Shown here in pieces: positions 24,899 to 37,724 of a stretch of 64,000 nt of DNA. The stretch lies in NCBI GenBank assembly GCA_964016885.1, contig OZ024742.1, positions 63,426,001 through 63,490,000 of the forward strand, read 5' to 3'. The translations under genes and the position numbers were made by a program. This DNA is from Eledone cirrhosa (taxonomy: Eukaryota). The first letter of the stretch is position 1. Every line of letters starts with the position of its first letter. The notes under the pieces were generated by a model. That model did not search any database. It was not told the DNA's origin and worked only from the letters and a program-made list of their open reading frames with translations.

Positions 24899-27744
24899 TT
24901 TCTTTATTAGCCACAAGGGCTCAAAAGAAGGGGACAAATACAAAGGGGGAAGTTTACATACAATAAAAACGTGTAAAATATTATCACAAATGCAATTTAA
25001 AAATTAGTCGATTTTCCCCAATAGGGGGAGACATTACATATGGGTAACACATACCCCCGGAAAAAAATGTGCAACCCTCATCTCCAGGAGTACGAAGAGT
25101 TTGTACTCCTTTCCTCTCCTCCTCTTTTTCCTCAACCTACAGGCTGATATAGAGAGAAGGCCCATTCACTCGGGCCATTCTCGCCACTTTCACCCACCTT
25201 TCATAAAACTTGCCGGGGTACAGCACTTCTCTCTCCATCCTGGTTCTTCTTCCAAAGTGGTATTTGAAAAAAAGAATCAGTTGTTGGCCGGAGAGAAAGG
25301 TGTCTGACCTCAGCCCTTTCAACCTTGTCCACCATACAACCTCTTTCGCGATAGCTATCACACAAAGGAAAACCTCCTCTCCTTCGTTTTTGAAGGAGGG
25401 TGGCGGTTTGATCATGACAATGGACTCGGTAGTCAACCGGATTGGTCCCACCCGCGACAATAGTCGTTCTACATAGCCCCACAGGTCGGTGACGCCCGGG
25501 AAGTGTATGAATGCGTGCGCGACGGTTTCTTCGTCTCGCACGCACCTCGGACAGATCTTTTTTGCAGGTTCCCTGCTCGGGCGCCCATGTCTGTAGAACT
25601 TGTCTCGAACTGGTAGAGCTCCTCGGTAGCACTGACAGGCCAGGGACTTTTGGAAGTTGTCCATCGGTCCCGGGCGCAAGGTCCTACCGAACAGACTGGC
25701 CAGTTCGTCTTCCTCTACGCCCAGAGTTTCACCGAGCACGTCGTCGCACTTGCTGTGGATCAACCCTCTATAGAATGACCAAGTGGAGTTTCCACTGATC
25801 GCCGGGTCCGCCTGCCAGAGGCTGTGAGCGCCTGAGCACATTCGATGTGACAGTTGCCCATTTTCCTCGGTCTTTGCTTGACCCAGGACTGCAGCTCGGT
25901 CAGCGAGACGAGTCGTGGGAAGGCTCGCCTCACGAACGGGGCCCACACCGGTTGTCCGGTGAGGAATACGTAGAGATGCTGCAGCCTGAGAGCGTGTTTG
26001 CGCATCGTCAGCCACGGCATCCCCAGCCCTCCGTTGGAAGGGCGTTGGCAGCAGATGGATCTTCTCACCAAAGGAGCCCGCCTCTTCCAAAGGAATCGGA
26101 AGAGCGCGCGCTCCATTTTGGCGAGCGTTTTGGCTGGACAAGGCACGACGGTCAACCGGTAGTAGATGGCGGACGCTATAAAAGTGTTCGCCACCTCCGC
26201 TCGACCTTTCAAGGATAGTTTGCACTCGGCCCACTTCTGGGTGAGTGCAAACACCTTGGCCGACATCTCGTTCCAGTTCTTCTCCACCTGGAGGTCCGGA
26301 CCAAACCAGACCCCGAGGTCCTTCCGTCGAGCGTCCGACGACGCCAAGGAGGCATCGGTTTGCCTCTCCACGATCCGAGTTGCAAACCGATGGACTTGTC
26401 CCTGTTCAACTTCGCTCCTGTGACACTTTCGTATTCCTTCAGTAAGGTGCCGACTTCCTCGATTTGCGAGGCGCTTGGCACCATTACTGTTACGTCGTCG
26501 GCGTAGGCCGACGCCGCTTTCCGCAGTCCCAGTTCCAGAGGGATTCCCTGCAATAGCTCCAACTTCCGCAGTAGTGGCTCGAGAGTCAGTACGTACAGAA
26601 GGGAGGAGAGAGGGCATCCCTGTCGAATGGATCGCGTGATATGGAACGGCTCCGAGAGGTAGCCGTTCACCTTGACTCTTGAGCAGATGTTGCTGTTGTG
26701 CATTGCAGCAATCCAGCCTCTGAACACGGGTCCGAAGCCTGCCGCCTCGAGCACCGCATCCAGGTAACGATGGTCAACCCCATCGAAAGCCTTAGACTGA
26801 TCCAAGTTGATCAGGGCCCCACCGAAGCCGGATTTACACCTTACCCTCTCTATGATGTATCGCATGAGGTGGGGGTTGTCGTGTATGGACCTGGTCGGGA
26901 TTGCGCATGTCTGCGCTTCTCCCACCAGGTTTTCGACGGCAAGCGCCAGCCTCTTTGCCAACACCTTGGCCAAAATCTGTAACTCTGTGTTTAGCAGAGT
27001 TATGGGCCGGAAGTTGCCTATGTCATCCCCCTTATTCTCGTCCTTCCTGACCTGTGTGACTACGCCCCTGGTCACAGAACTGGGAATTCTTCCGTTCTGC
27101 TGCCAGTTGCAGTAGACCGCTTCCAGGAGACCGGAGAACAAGTCCGGCATTGCTGCGTAAAATTCGTAGGGTAGACCGTCGTGACCTGGTGATTTGCGTT
27201 TGCCGCATTGGCTCAGGGCGTCTCCTATCTCAGCGGCTGAAATCGGCTTTTCGCAGAAATTCGCTTCGCTGTCAGAGAGTCGCGGTAGGCCGTCGAGGTA
27301 TGGACCGAAATCCATAGCCTCTCCCGGCGCGCCGCCCTGCCCGAAGAGCTGAGCAAAGTGCCGCTAAAAGGCCGCGCACATCTGCTTCGGCTCACGTATC
27401 ACGCATCCGTCTTGGTCCTTCAAAGACCGATTCATGGACTTGTTGCCACTTTTTGCCTCCGTCACCCGGGCCCAGCTAACAGCTTTGGTTTCCTCGTTAC
27501 CCAGAGCACGTATTTTGCTTTTGACAACGCAGCCATCGTGCTTTGCGTCGAAGAACTGGTCCAAGGCCGTTCTCGTTGCTAGCCCGCTGACTACGTTGCC
27601 ACTTCTAATTGCCTCTTCTACTTTATCTATCAGTTCCTTCTCGGTCCTATTTCTATTTAACGCTAATTCTTTACTAAAAACTAACGAGTCTAATCTAACT
27701 GCCCTCTTGAGAGAGTACCACCATCTGTTGTTGACAATGGCCCC
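24899..27744 (-). mobile_element. 5'-truncated Tx1/L1-clade LINE (copy A): RT and C-terminal Cys/His domain, frameshifted
   Basis: KSPGHDGLPYEFY, NFRPITLLN, DQSKAFD, IRQGCPLSSLLY, AYADD, CPRC...ETVAHAFIH. The 3' UTR ends GTGGCTAATAAAGAAA next to degenerate (TATC)n. Confidence 0.92.
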
Positions 27745-27821
<77 letters not shown>

Positions 27822-28055
27822 TTCTTTATTAGCCACAAGGGTGCAACAAGAAAAGGGGACAATACAAAGACATGCCGGGGATTTTACATACAGTCGTGTA
27901 AAAAATATAAAAACAAACAATTACAACAATCGAAATCCCCAATAGGGGGGAGGCTCCACAAATGGGTTATTTAATACCCCGTCGATAGAACAACCCTCAA
28001 CTCAAGGAGCGTGTTGTGCAAGTGCTCCTTTCTTCCTTTTGCTCTCTTCTTTATC

Positions 28056-31000
28056 CTACAGGCTTATAAACATAGAAGGCCCAATCACTCGGGCCATTTT
28101 TGCCACATTCACCCACCTTTCAGTAAATTTACTGGGATGCAGTGCCTCTCTCTCCACTCTGATTCTCCTTCTAAAGTGATACTTAAAGAAGGGAACCAAT
28201 TGTTGTCCGGAGAGAAAGGCATCTGTCCTCAGTCCTCTCAACCTCGTCCGCCATATAACTTCTTTCACCATAGCCACCGTACAGAGGAAAACCGCCTCTC
28301 TTTCGTTTTTGAAAGAGGCTGGCGGTTTGATCCTTACTATGGACTCGGCAGTCAACTGGATTTGTCCCATACGCGACAGCAGTTGTTCTGCATAGTTCCA
28401 CAGGTCGCTTACGCCCGGGCAGTGTACAATTGCGTGCAGAACTGTTTCAATGTCCTGCGCACATCTTGGACACGTCCTCTTGGAAGGATCCCTGCCAGGG
28501 CGTCCGTTCCTGTAGATCTTGTCACGAACCGGTAGAGTTCCTCGGTAGCACTGCCAGGCCAGGGACCTCTGGAAGTTGTCCATAGGTCCCGGCGGAAAGT
28601 CCTACCAAACAGAGTGGTGAGCTCATCGTCTTCGACGCCCAGAGTCTCTCCGAGCACGTCGTCGCCCTTGTAACGTATAATCCCTCTATAGAATGTCGAA
28701 GTGGAGTCTCCACTGATTGCTGCGCCCGCTTGCCAGAGGACTGTGAGCGCCTGAGCGTATTCAATGTGCCAGGCGCCCATCGTTTTCGGTCTTTTCTTCA
28801 CCCAGGACTGCAGCTCCGTTAGCGAGACGAGCTGTGGGAAAGCTTGTCTCACAAACGGTACCCATACCGGTTGGGGGTCGGTGAGGAATACCTGGAGATG
28901 CCGCAGCCTCAGCGCATGTTTGCGCATCATCAGCCACGGCATTCCCAGCCCTCAGTTGGAAGGGTGCTGACAGCAGACGGATCTCCTCACCAGTGGAGCC
29001 TGCTTCTTCCACAGAAATTGGAAGAGCATGCGTTCCATCTTGGCGAGGTGTTCACGGGGACAAGGCACGACAGTCAAGCGGTAGTAGATGACGGACGCTA
29101 TGAAAGTGTTCGCCACCTCCGCTCGACCTTTCAAGGACAGTTTTCACTCTGCCCACTTCTGAGTGAGTGCAAACACCTTGGCCGTGACCTCGTTCCAGTT
29201 GTTCTCCACCTGGAGGTCTGGACCGAACCAGACCCCGAGCAATTTCACCGGTCCGTCCGTCCAGCGTCCAACGACGCTGTCGGATGTCATCGGTTTGCCT
29301 CTCCACGTACCAAGTTGCAAACCGACAGACTTGTCTGGGTTTAGTTTTGCTCCCGTCAGCGTTTCGTATTCTTTCAGTAAGTTGCTGATCACCACGATTT
29401 CCGAGGTGCTCGACACCATTACTGTCACGTCGTCGGTACAAGCCGACGCCGCTTTGCGCAGTCCCGGTTCTAGGGGTATGCACTGCAACAGCTCCAATTT
29501 CCGCAGTAGTGACTCTAGAGTCAATACATACAGAATGGAGGAGAGAGGGCATCCCTGTCGAATGGAACGCGTGATTGTGAACGGCTCCGATAGGTAGCCG
29601 TTCACCTTGACCCTCGAGCAGATGCTGGTGTGCATCGCCTCGATCCAGCCTCTGAACACGGGACCGAAACCGGCCGCCTTGAGAACCGCTTCCAAGTATC
29701 GATGGTCGACCCTATCGAGTGCCTTAGACTGATCCAAGTTGATCAGAGCCCCACCGAACCCACCGAAGCCGGGTTTACTACCCAGCCTCTCTATGATGTA
29801 TCGCATGAGATGGAGGTTGTCGTGTATGGACCTGGTCGGGATTACACACGTTTGCGCTTTCCCTACCAGGTTCTCGACGACAAGCGCCAACCTTGGCCAA
29901 AATCTTTAACTCTGTGTTGAGCAGAGTAATGGGCCTGAAGTTGTTAATTTCGTCCCCCTTGTTCTCGTCTTTCCTGACCAGCGTTATTACGCCCTTGCCT
30001 GCAGAACTGGGAATTCTCCCGTTCTGCTGCCAATTGCAGTAGACGGCTTCGAGGACGCCAGAGAACAAGTCCGGCATGCCTATGTAAAATTCGTAGGGTA
30101 GACCATCTAGACCGGGTGACTTGCGTTTCCCGCAGCGGCCCAGAGCGTCCCGTATCTCAGTGTCCGTGATCGGTCTTTCGCAGAACTCGGCGTCCGTGTT
30201 CGAGAGACGCGGCAGGCCGTCGAGGTATGAACTAAAGTCCATTGCCCCGTTCGGCTCACCGTCGTTCTGCTCAAACAGTCGCGCAAAGTGCCGCTGAAAG
30301 GCCGCGCACATTTGCTTGGGGTCAAGTAGCACGCGTCCGTTTTGGTCTTTCAAAGACCGAATCGTGGACTTGTTGCCACTTTTTGCCTCCGCCACTCGGG
30401 CCCAGCTGACAGCTTTCGCTCCTTCGTTTCCTAGAGCACGTGTTTTGCTTCTGACCACGCAGCCTTCGTGTTTCGCATCGAAGAACTGGTCCAGTGCCGT
30501 TCTCGACGCTAACACTCTAGCCGCGTTGCCACTTCTAAGTGCCTCCTCTACCTTGGCTACTAGTTCTGTTTCTACTCTGTTTTTCTCTAAGGCTAACTCT
30601 CTGCTATACCCTATCGATTCTATTCTAATTGCTTTCTTGAGAGAGTACCACCGTCTATTGTTGACGATGGCTCCCGTTAACTGTTGCTTGACTAGTCTAC
30701 TTATCCGTTCACTGTAAGCTTTACGTGCCGGCAACGACACGTTCAGCTTCCAGTATCCGGGACCCTGTCTATGTATTCTATCACGGTTGACTAAGCAGAC
30801 GACTAACTTGTGATCTGAATAGGCAACCATGTACATTCGTGAATAGCTTAACATCTCCTTGTCCCTTTCTCTAATGAAGAACCTATCTAAATACGATCTA
30901 GATGTCCCACTGCGGTTTACCCACGTCCACTGTGGTGCAGTCGGGAAATTCAGTCGATACCTATCGGCCAGTTGGAATTGGCCGATTAAAGTTTTGAGGC

Positions 31001-31495
31001 TGTTGCACCCCGCTCTACTGGGACATGCTCCCACATAGTCCCATCGTGCATCTAGGATACCATTCCAGTCCCCCACTAAAAGTAAGGAGCGAGACGTTCC
31101 CAGAAAAGACTCTAGACGCTTAAAGAAGTCTGGCCGTGATTGCGATTGCCCGGTCGGGGCATAAACGGCCACCAGTCTGAAGGCTCCACCTCCGATACTG
31201 TTCACGTCTAGGACTACTAGTCTACCCTCCGGGTCCAAGTGTACTTGCTGTACTCCGACGTCCAGGTTCTTCCGAAACATAACAGCCACTCCACCTCCAC
31301 CTCCTGGCTGACAGAGAGATGCGTAGATCTCAAAGTCGTCGAAGATGGGGGTTTGTTGCTGCCTGTTGTGGATCCTGGACTCGGTGATGGCTATCACATC
31401 CATACTGTGTGACCTAAGGTCGTTTAAAAGTTACCCTGTTTCCAGGGCATCCCTAGGCCACGCATATTCACGGTTCCAACTCGTAAACCAGCCAT
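28056..31495 (-). pseudogene. LINE ORF2 (APE endonuclease, reverse transcriptase, Zn knuckle) with several frameshifts
   Basis: MAGLRVGTVNMRGL start, AVYAP, GDWN, YLDRF, YSDHK, GPGYWKLN, IRQGCPLS, CTDD, CPRC..ETVLHAIVHC. Confidence 0.9.
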
Positions 31496-31536
31496 GTTGG
31501 TGAAGAAAAGTTGGAGAAAAAGGACGAAAGGTGCAC

Positions 31537-33445
31537 TTACCTTTTCGTTTCCTGGAGATCGGGTTGTTCAATCTCCATTTGGATGCTGGATGGGGTGTTA
31601 GGTGGGGTGGGGAAACATTTTAACAGGACGCGGTTGATGGGTTTGTGGCAGGGGTTGCCCACGTCCTGTGAAAATTTAATTTTTAGGTCTTTATAGGTTT
31701 CTATAGAAACCCTTATAAGTTTATGGTGTGGAGACGATTCTGCCTTGACGAAAGTTTTGCCCTTCGTCTCCACCTTGGGGTTTTGGGAGATGACCTCCAT
31801 CAAACTCTTGTTGTTTGTGTTGATGTATGCGTATTGTTGTTTGTGTTTTTGTTGTGTTGTTTTAGTTTGTTGTTCATCCGGGAGTTTTCTTTTTATGATG
31901 GGGGTGGTGTTGGTGCTGGTTTTGCTGATAGGGGGATGTTTGACTGTGATGTTGTTTGTGTTGTTGTTTGTGTCTGTGGTTGTGTGTTGGTGTTGGTGAT
32001 TTGAGTTTTGGGGGTTTTGTGGTGTCTCTTTTTTTGTTTTTTAGATTTCCGCGGTTCTCCCTCTTCTTCACTTAAAGAAGGAGAAGCAGCTTCATCCGTC
32101 GATGAATAATCATCGTCAGGTGTGTGGGGTAAGGGTATGTTGTGTGGTGGTGGTGTTTCGGTATGTGTGTTTGTGGTAGTGTTTGATGGAGTGGGATGGA
32201 GTGGGGATATGTTCTTCAGGGGTGTTGTTTCTGTTTTTTCTGTTGTTGTTGGTTGAGTGTCTGTTTGTTTTGGTGTGGTTGCTCGTTTCGTCTGTCGTTG
32301 TACTTGTGGTGTTTTGGTGTTGGTGTTGGTAATAGCGTTTTTTTTTATGATGTTGTTGTTGTGTGTTTGTGGACAAGAGGCTTTTAGGTGAGCTGTGCTA
32401 CCACAGCGAAAGCAATGACATTTTCGTCCTTCTACCGAAATGTTTATTTTGTTGTTATTATCAATAACGACTCTTTCGGGTATTTTGGAGATTCTCTCCG
32501 GTTTCATTTGCAACAGAATCTCCAAATCTGTGCCCGCCCACCTTTGTCGAATAGATTTTCGTATTGTAAGTATTATGTCTGTTTCTGGCTCTACGAAGCC
32601 AGCCAAGATCCACCCGATGTTAATGTTTGGAGGTATGTTTTTTATTTTTATTTTTTGTGTCCTTTTCCCCATGTATGTAGGGAAAAAGGTGTATGCTTTT
32701 GAGACTATTGGTGTCACAGAGTTTTTTTGGGCGAGTGCCTCGCTTTTAGACAGTACGGAAACACTTCCGTACTGTTTTCCTCGCTGGAGAAAATCGACAT
32801 TTGCTAGAATTTCCTTGAAAGAATCTTCTATATCTGCTTGATTAACAAATGTCGGCTTTCTTGTCGAATTTGACACAGTCCTAAAAGTGACTGATCTGCG
32901 GATTGTGTCTTCCTTTATTTCAAGGGGTGAGTTAATTCTAAACCCCCCTCTTTCTTCGAAAGTTACAAATTTTCTCCCTTGCTGGAGCATATATCTCTTG
33001 TGTTGGGGATATCAAGATTTATAAAATCTTGTTTTTTGTTCACTGTTTCAGCGAAAGACATTTTCTTTTTGTGTGTGGTGTTGCTGTTGATGTTGTTGTT
33101 ATCGTTGTTGGAAATCTCAGTTCCCTGTCGAGGTGAAACTTTATGTGTAGATGTATCTGTAGAGTTGTTGATGTCTTTTTCATGTGTATGTATGTCAATG
33201 GGTTTAATTGCTGTGTTTTCCTGTGTGTTATTGTTATTTTTCTCCGCTTCAGCGGTAGAAATTTTAAAATTTTCAACTGTTAATATATTTTTTTCTTTTG
33301 TGACAGTTGTATCTATGGCGACGTCCATAGTAGCAGAAGCAGATATAACGTTAATATCTGCCTCTTTCTCTCTCTTTTCTCTATTAACGTACTCCAGCGT
33401 TCTTGTGTTGCTCAAGTTATTTACTTTGTAAAATGGGATTACCAC
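31537..33445 (-). pseudogene. LINE ORF1 (gag-like, CCHC zinc knuckle), frameshifted
   Basis: Three consecutive ORF pieces, CFRCGSTAHLKASC and a low-complexity T/P/K tail. Confidence 0.8.
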
Positions 33446-33566
33446 CCAGCTGACAATTCAGCTTGGGGGTTAATCTACAAAGTGTTGTGTTTTTTCAAAC
33501 AATTAGATCGGTTTTTTGCATAGAAATTAACAAAAAAGCTTACCGGCGATGTTCCACACGTCAGAC

Positions 33567-33641
<75 letters not shown>

Positions 33642-34205
33642 GAAAGAGAGAAAAGGGGGAGGTGGCGTTGAAAGAATTCGAACTTTGGAATTCCTGTATT
33701 TTAGAGTTCTAAAATACAGGAAGGGTTTCTAACGTTTTTTTGTTTGTTTTTAAATAATTGGTTCTACTTTTGGCACAAGGCCAGCAATTATCCCAGTGTA
33801 TTACTGGTACTTTATTTTGTCAAAGTTCAAATCCCGCCAAGTTTAACTTTGCTGCCTTTCATCCTTACGAGGTCAATAACATAAAGCACCAGTAATGCAC
33901 TAGGATAATTGCTGGCCTTGTGCCAAAAGTAGAAACAATTATAGTAACTATAGCATCACAGCAAAGATAGATTGGGTTGCCGCAGTTGTCCATTATTTGA
34001 TTAAACTATGTAGTGACAAGTCGTGGTAACGTCAGATGGAATATTTTGCGGATTTGTTTCACCCCTTGCGCTCTGAGTTCAAAACCCACCCAGGTCAAAT
34101 TTGCCTTTCATCTTTTCGAGATCGATTAAAAAATGTAATGTAGAAGTCGATACTTGGGTCAATTCCTTTTCTATATCTCACTTCCTCTGTGTCTCTGCCT
34201 CGCCG

Positions 34206-34345
<140 letters not shown>

Positions 34346-34499
34346 CACTCCTTCTCTCCCCCCCCTTCTCAGCTGTGTTCAGATCTGGAGAGGGATGGGC
34401 TCCGCCAAGTTTAAAATCTCGAGACACGCCACACCTTATATCGAAACAGAACCCCTACAACTCAATTAGGAGTACATACTTAAATACATACAGGCATGC

Positions 34500-34891
34500 G
34501 TGCATCCACTCACCCATCCACCCATCCATCCATCCATACATCCATCCATACATCCATCCATCCATCCATCCATCCAACTATGCATCCACCCACCCATCCA
34601 CCCATCCATCCATCCATACATCCATCTATACATACATCCACCCATCCATCCATGCATCCATCCATCCATCCATACATCCATCTATACATACATCCACCCA
34701 TCCATCCATCCACCCATCCATCCATCCATCCACCCATCCATCCATCCATCCACCCATCCATCCATACATCCACCCACCCATCCATCCATCCATCCATCCA
34801 CCCATCCATCCATCCATCCATCCATCCATCCATCCATCCATACATACATACATCCATCCATCCATCCATACAACCATCCGTCCATACATAC
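34500..34891. repeat. Degenerate (CATC)n microsatellite
   Basis: Directly visible. Confidence 0.95.
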
Positions 34892-35465
34892 ATGGTGGCT
34901 GCCAACTCGTTTTCGAGTACGGCCACTACTTTATAACCATGTAGGAGAACCCCTACCGATGCGCTGAACGAGTGTGACTTTTTAGTCCAGCCAGCGACTT
35001 GAAAACTCTGGTACAAACACTACACCTGTGACAATTATTGACACATAGTACAGGGCCCATGGTACCATGTGATGACAAGTGCAGAGAGATCTCCAGATAT
35101 AAAGCAATGCCTGTGCCGTGAAGCTTTTATAGTGAGCAAAAGCACTGCACAAAGCCACTGATATTTACCAAAAAGATGAACAAGTCAACATCATTGGATA
35201 CCATCAGGGTTGCAGGTGTTATATCAAAGGTTTCCTTCTCCTAGAATTCTGCCTTGACAAAGGCTAAGGGGTCATCTCTACCGGTGATTTTGGATGGCCA
35301 TTGACTCTAAGAGCTCCTTTGCCCTTTGACAGGTTTTGTTTTTAGTCCTGCAGGATGTCCAAAGTCACCCTCCTCACCAAGAAACCTTGGTGGGGTTGCC
35401 AGTTTAGTCGCCAACATGAGACAGGTTGTACTGGGATACATGTTACCAGTAGCACCAACTGGTGA
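34892..35465 (-). mobile_element. (CATA)n-bounded repeat unit, near-identical to 53538-54145
   Basis: Long shared sequence from ATGGTGGCTGCCAACTCG to GTAGCACCAACTGGTGA. Confidence 0.75.
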
Positions 35466-35886
35466 ACATACATACATACATACATACATGCATACATACA
35501 TACATACATACATATACATATATACATGCATGCAGTGACTAGGAAGCGGCGTATTGGCAGAATCGGATAGAACGAGTTGCGGTTTTCGTTCCAGCCCTTT
35601 CACTCTGAGATCAAATCCCACGCAGGTCAACTTTCAACTTTTTTAGAGGACGATAAAGTACCAGCTTAATCATTTCTCTCTCTCCCTCTCTATCTCTCGC
35701 TGTTTATATAACCACGTTCTACTACCTGACTTTGTACTGAGGTCCATCTAAGCAGACGATATTCCACTGCCATCTTGAGACAAGCACGTTTTATAATTTT
35801 AATATATTTAAAAACACGGTCAACACGTTTAATTGTTTACTGCACCTTACATGCCTGACATAGCGTTCTTTTAAAGTCTCAACTGG

Positions 35887-35941
<55 letters not shown>

Positions 35942-35984
35942 TACGTACATACATATATACATACATATATGTATGTATAATGTA

Positions 35985-36061
35985 CAGGGTGTCCCCAAAA
36001 ATGTATACACATTTCAACAGCATTCTAATAAATATATGTATTCATTTTTGGGTACAGCCTG
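35985..36061. mobile_element. 77-bp mini-MITE of the mariner family at 7410-8560
   Basis: TA-CAGGGTGTCCCCAAAAATGTATACAC..TTCAACAGCATTCTAATAAATAT..TTTTTGGGTACAGCCTG-TA. Confidence 0.7.
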
Positions 36062-36371
36062 TATATATATATATATACATGCATACATATACATGCATAC
36101 ACACATTCTGTATCGTAAAGTTTGTCATCATAAACGGAACGTTTCGTGAAGATGGTCTTATAAAACGGCTTTTAAACTGGATAACAGAAATGCTCCAATC
36201 TCGTAAAATGTATTTGTGAACAGCTTTTCTTCAAAAATAGCATTTGGTAAAGGTAAAAGTAAAAAAGTGATGAATTGGTAGAATCGTTAGAACGCCAGAA
36301 AGATTGTAAGATATGTTTACTAGTCATATTGTCAGGCACCTGACAATATGACTGTTTACACTTAGAAAGTT

Positions 36372-36555
36372 CCCCTCAGAAGCACAAGTCCGGGCAAGAT
36401 TGTGGAAGACCAGCAGTCACCCATGCATACCATCCTCCCCTCTCCACGCCACCGACTTTGTCCAAGGGAAAAGCTAAGGTCGATAGAGTTTGGCACCAAT
36501 GATGTCGCAACTCATTTCTACAGCTGAGTAAACTGGAGCAACGTGAAATAAAGAC
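36372..36555 (-). mobile_element. SINE-like fragment
   Basis: Reverse complement contains CACGTTGCTCCAGTTTACTCAGCTGTAGAAATGAG, which resembles SINE central domains. Family assignment is from memory. Confidence 0.4.
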
Positions 36556-36566
36556 CAACGCTCCAA

Positions 36567-36660
<94 letters not shown>

Positions 36661-36664
<4 letters not shown>

Positions 36665-37658
36665 TATTCTATTCTAAGGCGGGTAAAATTCCCGAGATCC
36701 ATGGACGAGTTCTCTCCAGTGGTCTCTGTCCCTCATTATCGTTGCCATGTCCTGCGTCTCCAATAGACCAGTATCTGTCCTTAGGGCATCAACATACGTT
36801 AACCTTGGTCTTCCTCTTCTAGTGTGTCCATGTAGGGGCTCCCAAAGGAGCACTGAGTGCAATATCAACTCTGGATGTCGGTGAGCATGTCCAGCTAACC
36901 TCAGTCTCCTCTGTGTCACTTTTGAGCTGACTTTGGGGATGCTCCCATACAGCTCTGAGTTTTTCATCCTCAGTATATACTGATTAATGTTCAGAGCCAT
37001 CCTCAGCATTCTCGTGTAGCACCCATCCACCATCTGAGTGAGTTTCTTGGTCAGTGTCCAAGTCTCAGACCCATACAGCAGCACAGACTCCACGACAGCA
37101 ATGAAGAGGCGGATTTTCAGGTCTCTACGAAGGTCCGACTTCCACACCGATCTCAAGCTGTGGCACGCCGCCCAGGCTTTGTCTTCCTCTCAACCACATC
37201 ATCTTCCGCATTCCCAATCTTTGCTCCCAAATACAGGAAGCCCTCAACCAATTCTAGCGGCTTCCCGCCTACATTAGTGATCCCCTCTGGCTTCTCAACA
37301 TTCTCTACCAGATATTTTGTTTTAGTCTCATTCATTCTCAGCCCCATACTCTTCGACACAGTCTCAACCTCCCGCATCAAATCCTCTGCCTCCTTCGCTG
37401 TATTTGTCACCAAAACTATGTCGTCGGCAAATTCAGCATCCGATACCTTTTTCGCCCTAACTCTCCTGCTCTGAGCCGGTGCTACAGTAAAGCCAGAGTC
37501 CTGGTGTTTCTCCAGTGCAAGGCGCATACAATAGTCCACTACGATCATAAAAAGGTATGGAGCCAATGTATCTCCCTGGAGCACTCCAGCCAGTATCTCA
37601 AAGAACTCTGTAATCCCATCAGGTGTAATGACTTGGGCTTTGGTGTTGGTGTAGAGCA

Positions 37659-37660
<2 letters not shown>
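36661..37660 (-). mobile_element. 5'-truncated RTE-clade LINE inserted in (TA)n
   Basis: [52 protein letters not shown]. One frameshift; the stop is followed by a (TAGAA)n tail. Confidence 0.88.
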
Positions 37661-37698
<38 letters not shown>

Positions 37699-37724
37699 CA
37701 TAAACAGAGGAGAAAGCCTTAAGC

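Larger units (their letters stand above)
27821..33562 (-). mobile_element. Near full-length Tx1/L1-clade LINE (copy B), ORF1 and ORF2, flanked by (GATA)n on both sides
   Basis: ORF1 has a CCHC knuckle; ORF2 has APE, RT and CCHC domains. (GATA)n at 27745-27820 and 33563-33640. Confidence 0.93.

Noticed and set aside
25210-33431. Plus-strand ORFs overlapping the Tx1 elements
   Set aside because: Antisense shadows of GC-rich LINE coding sequence.
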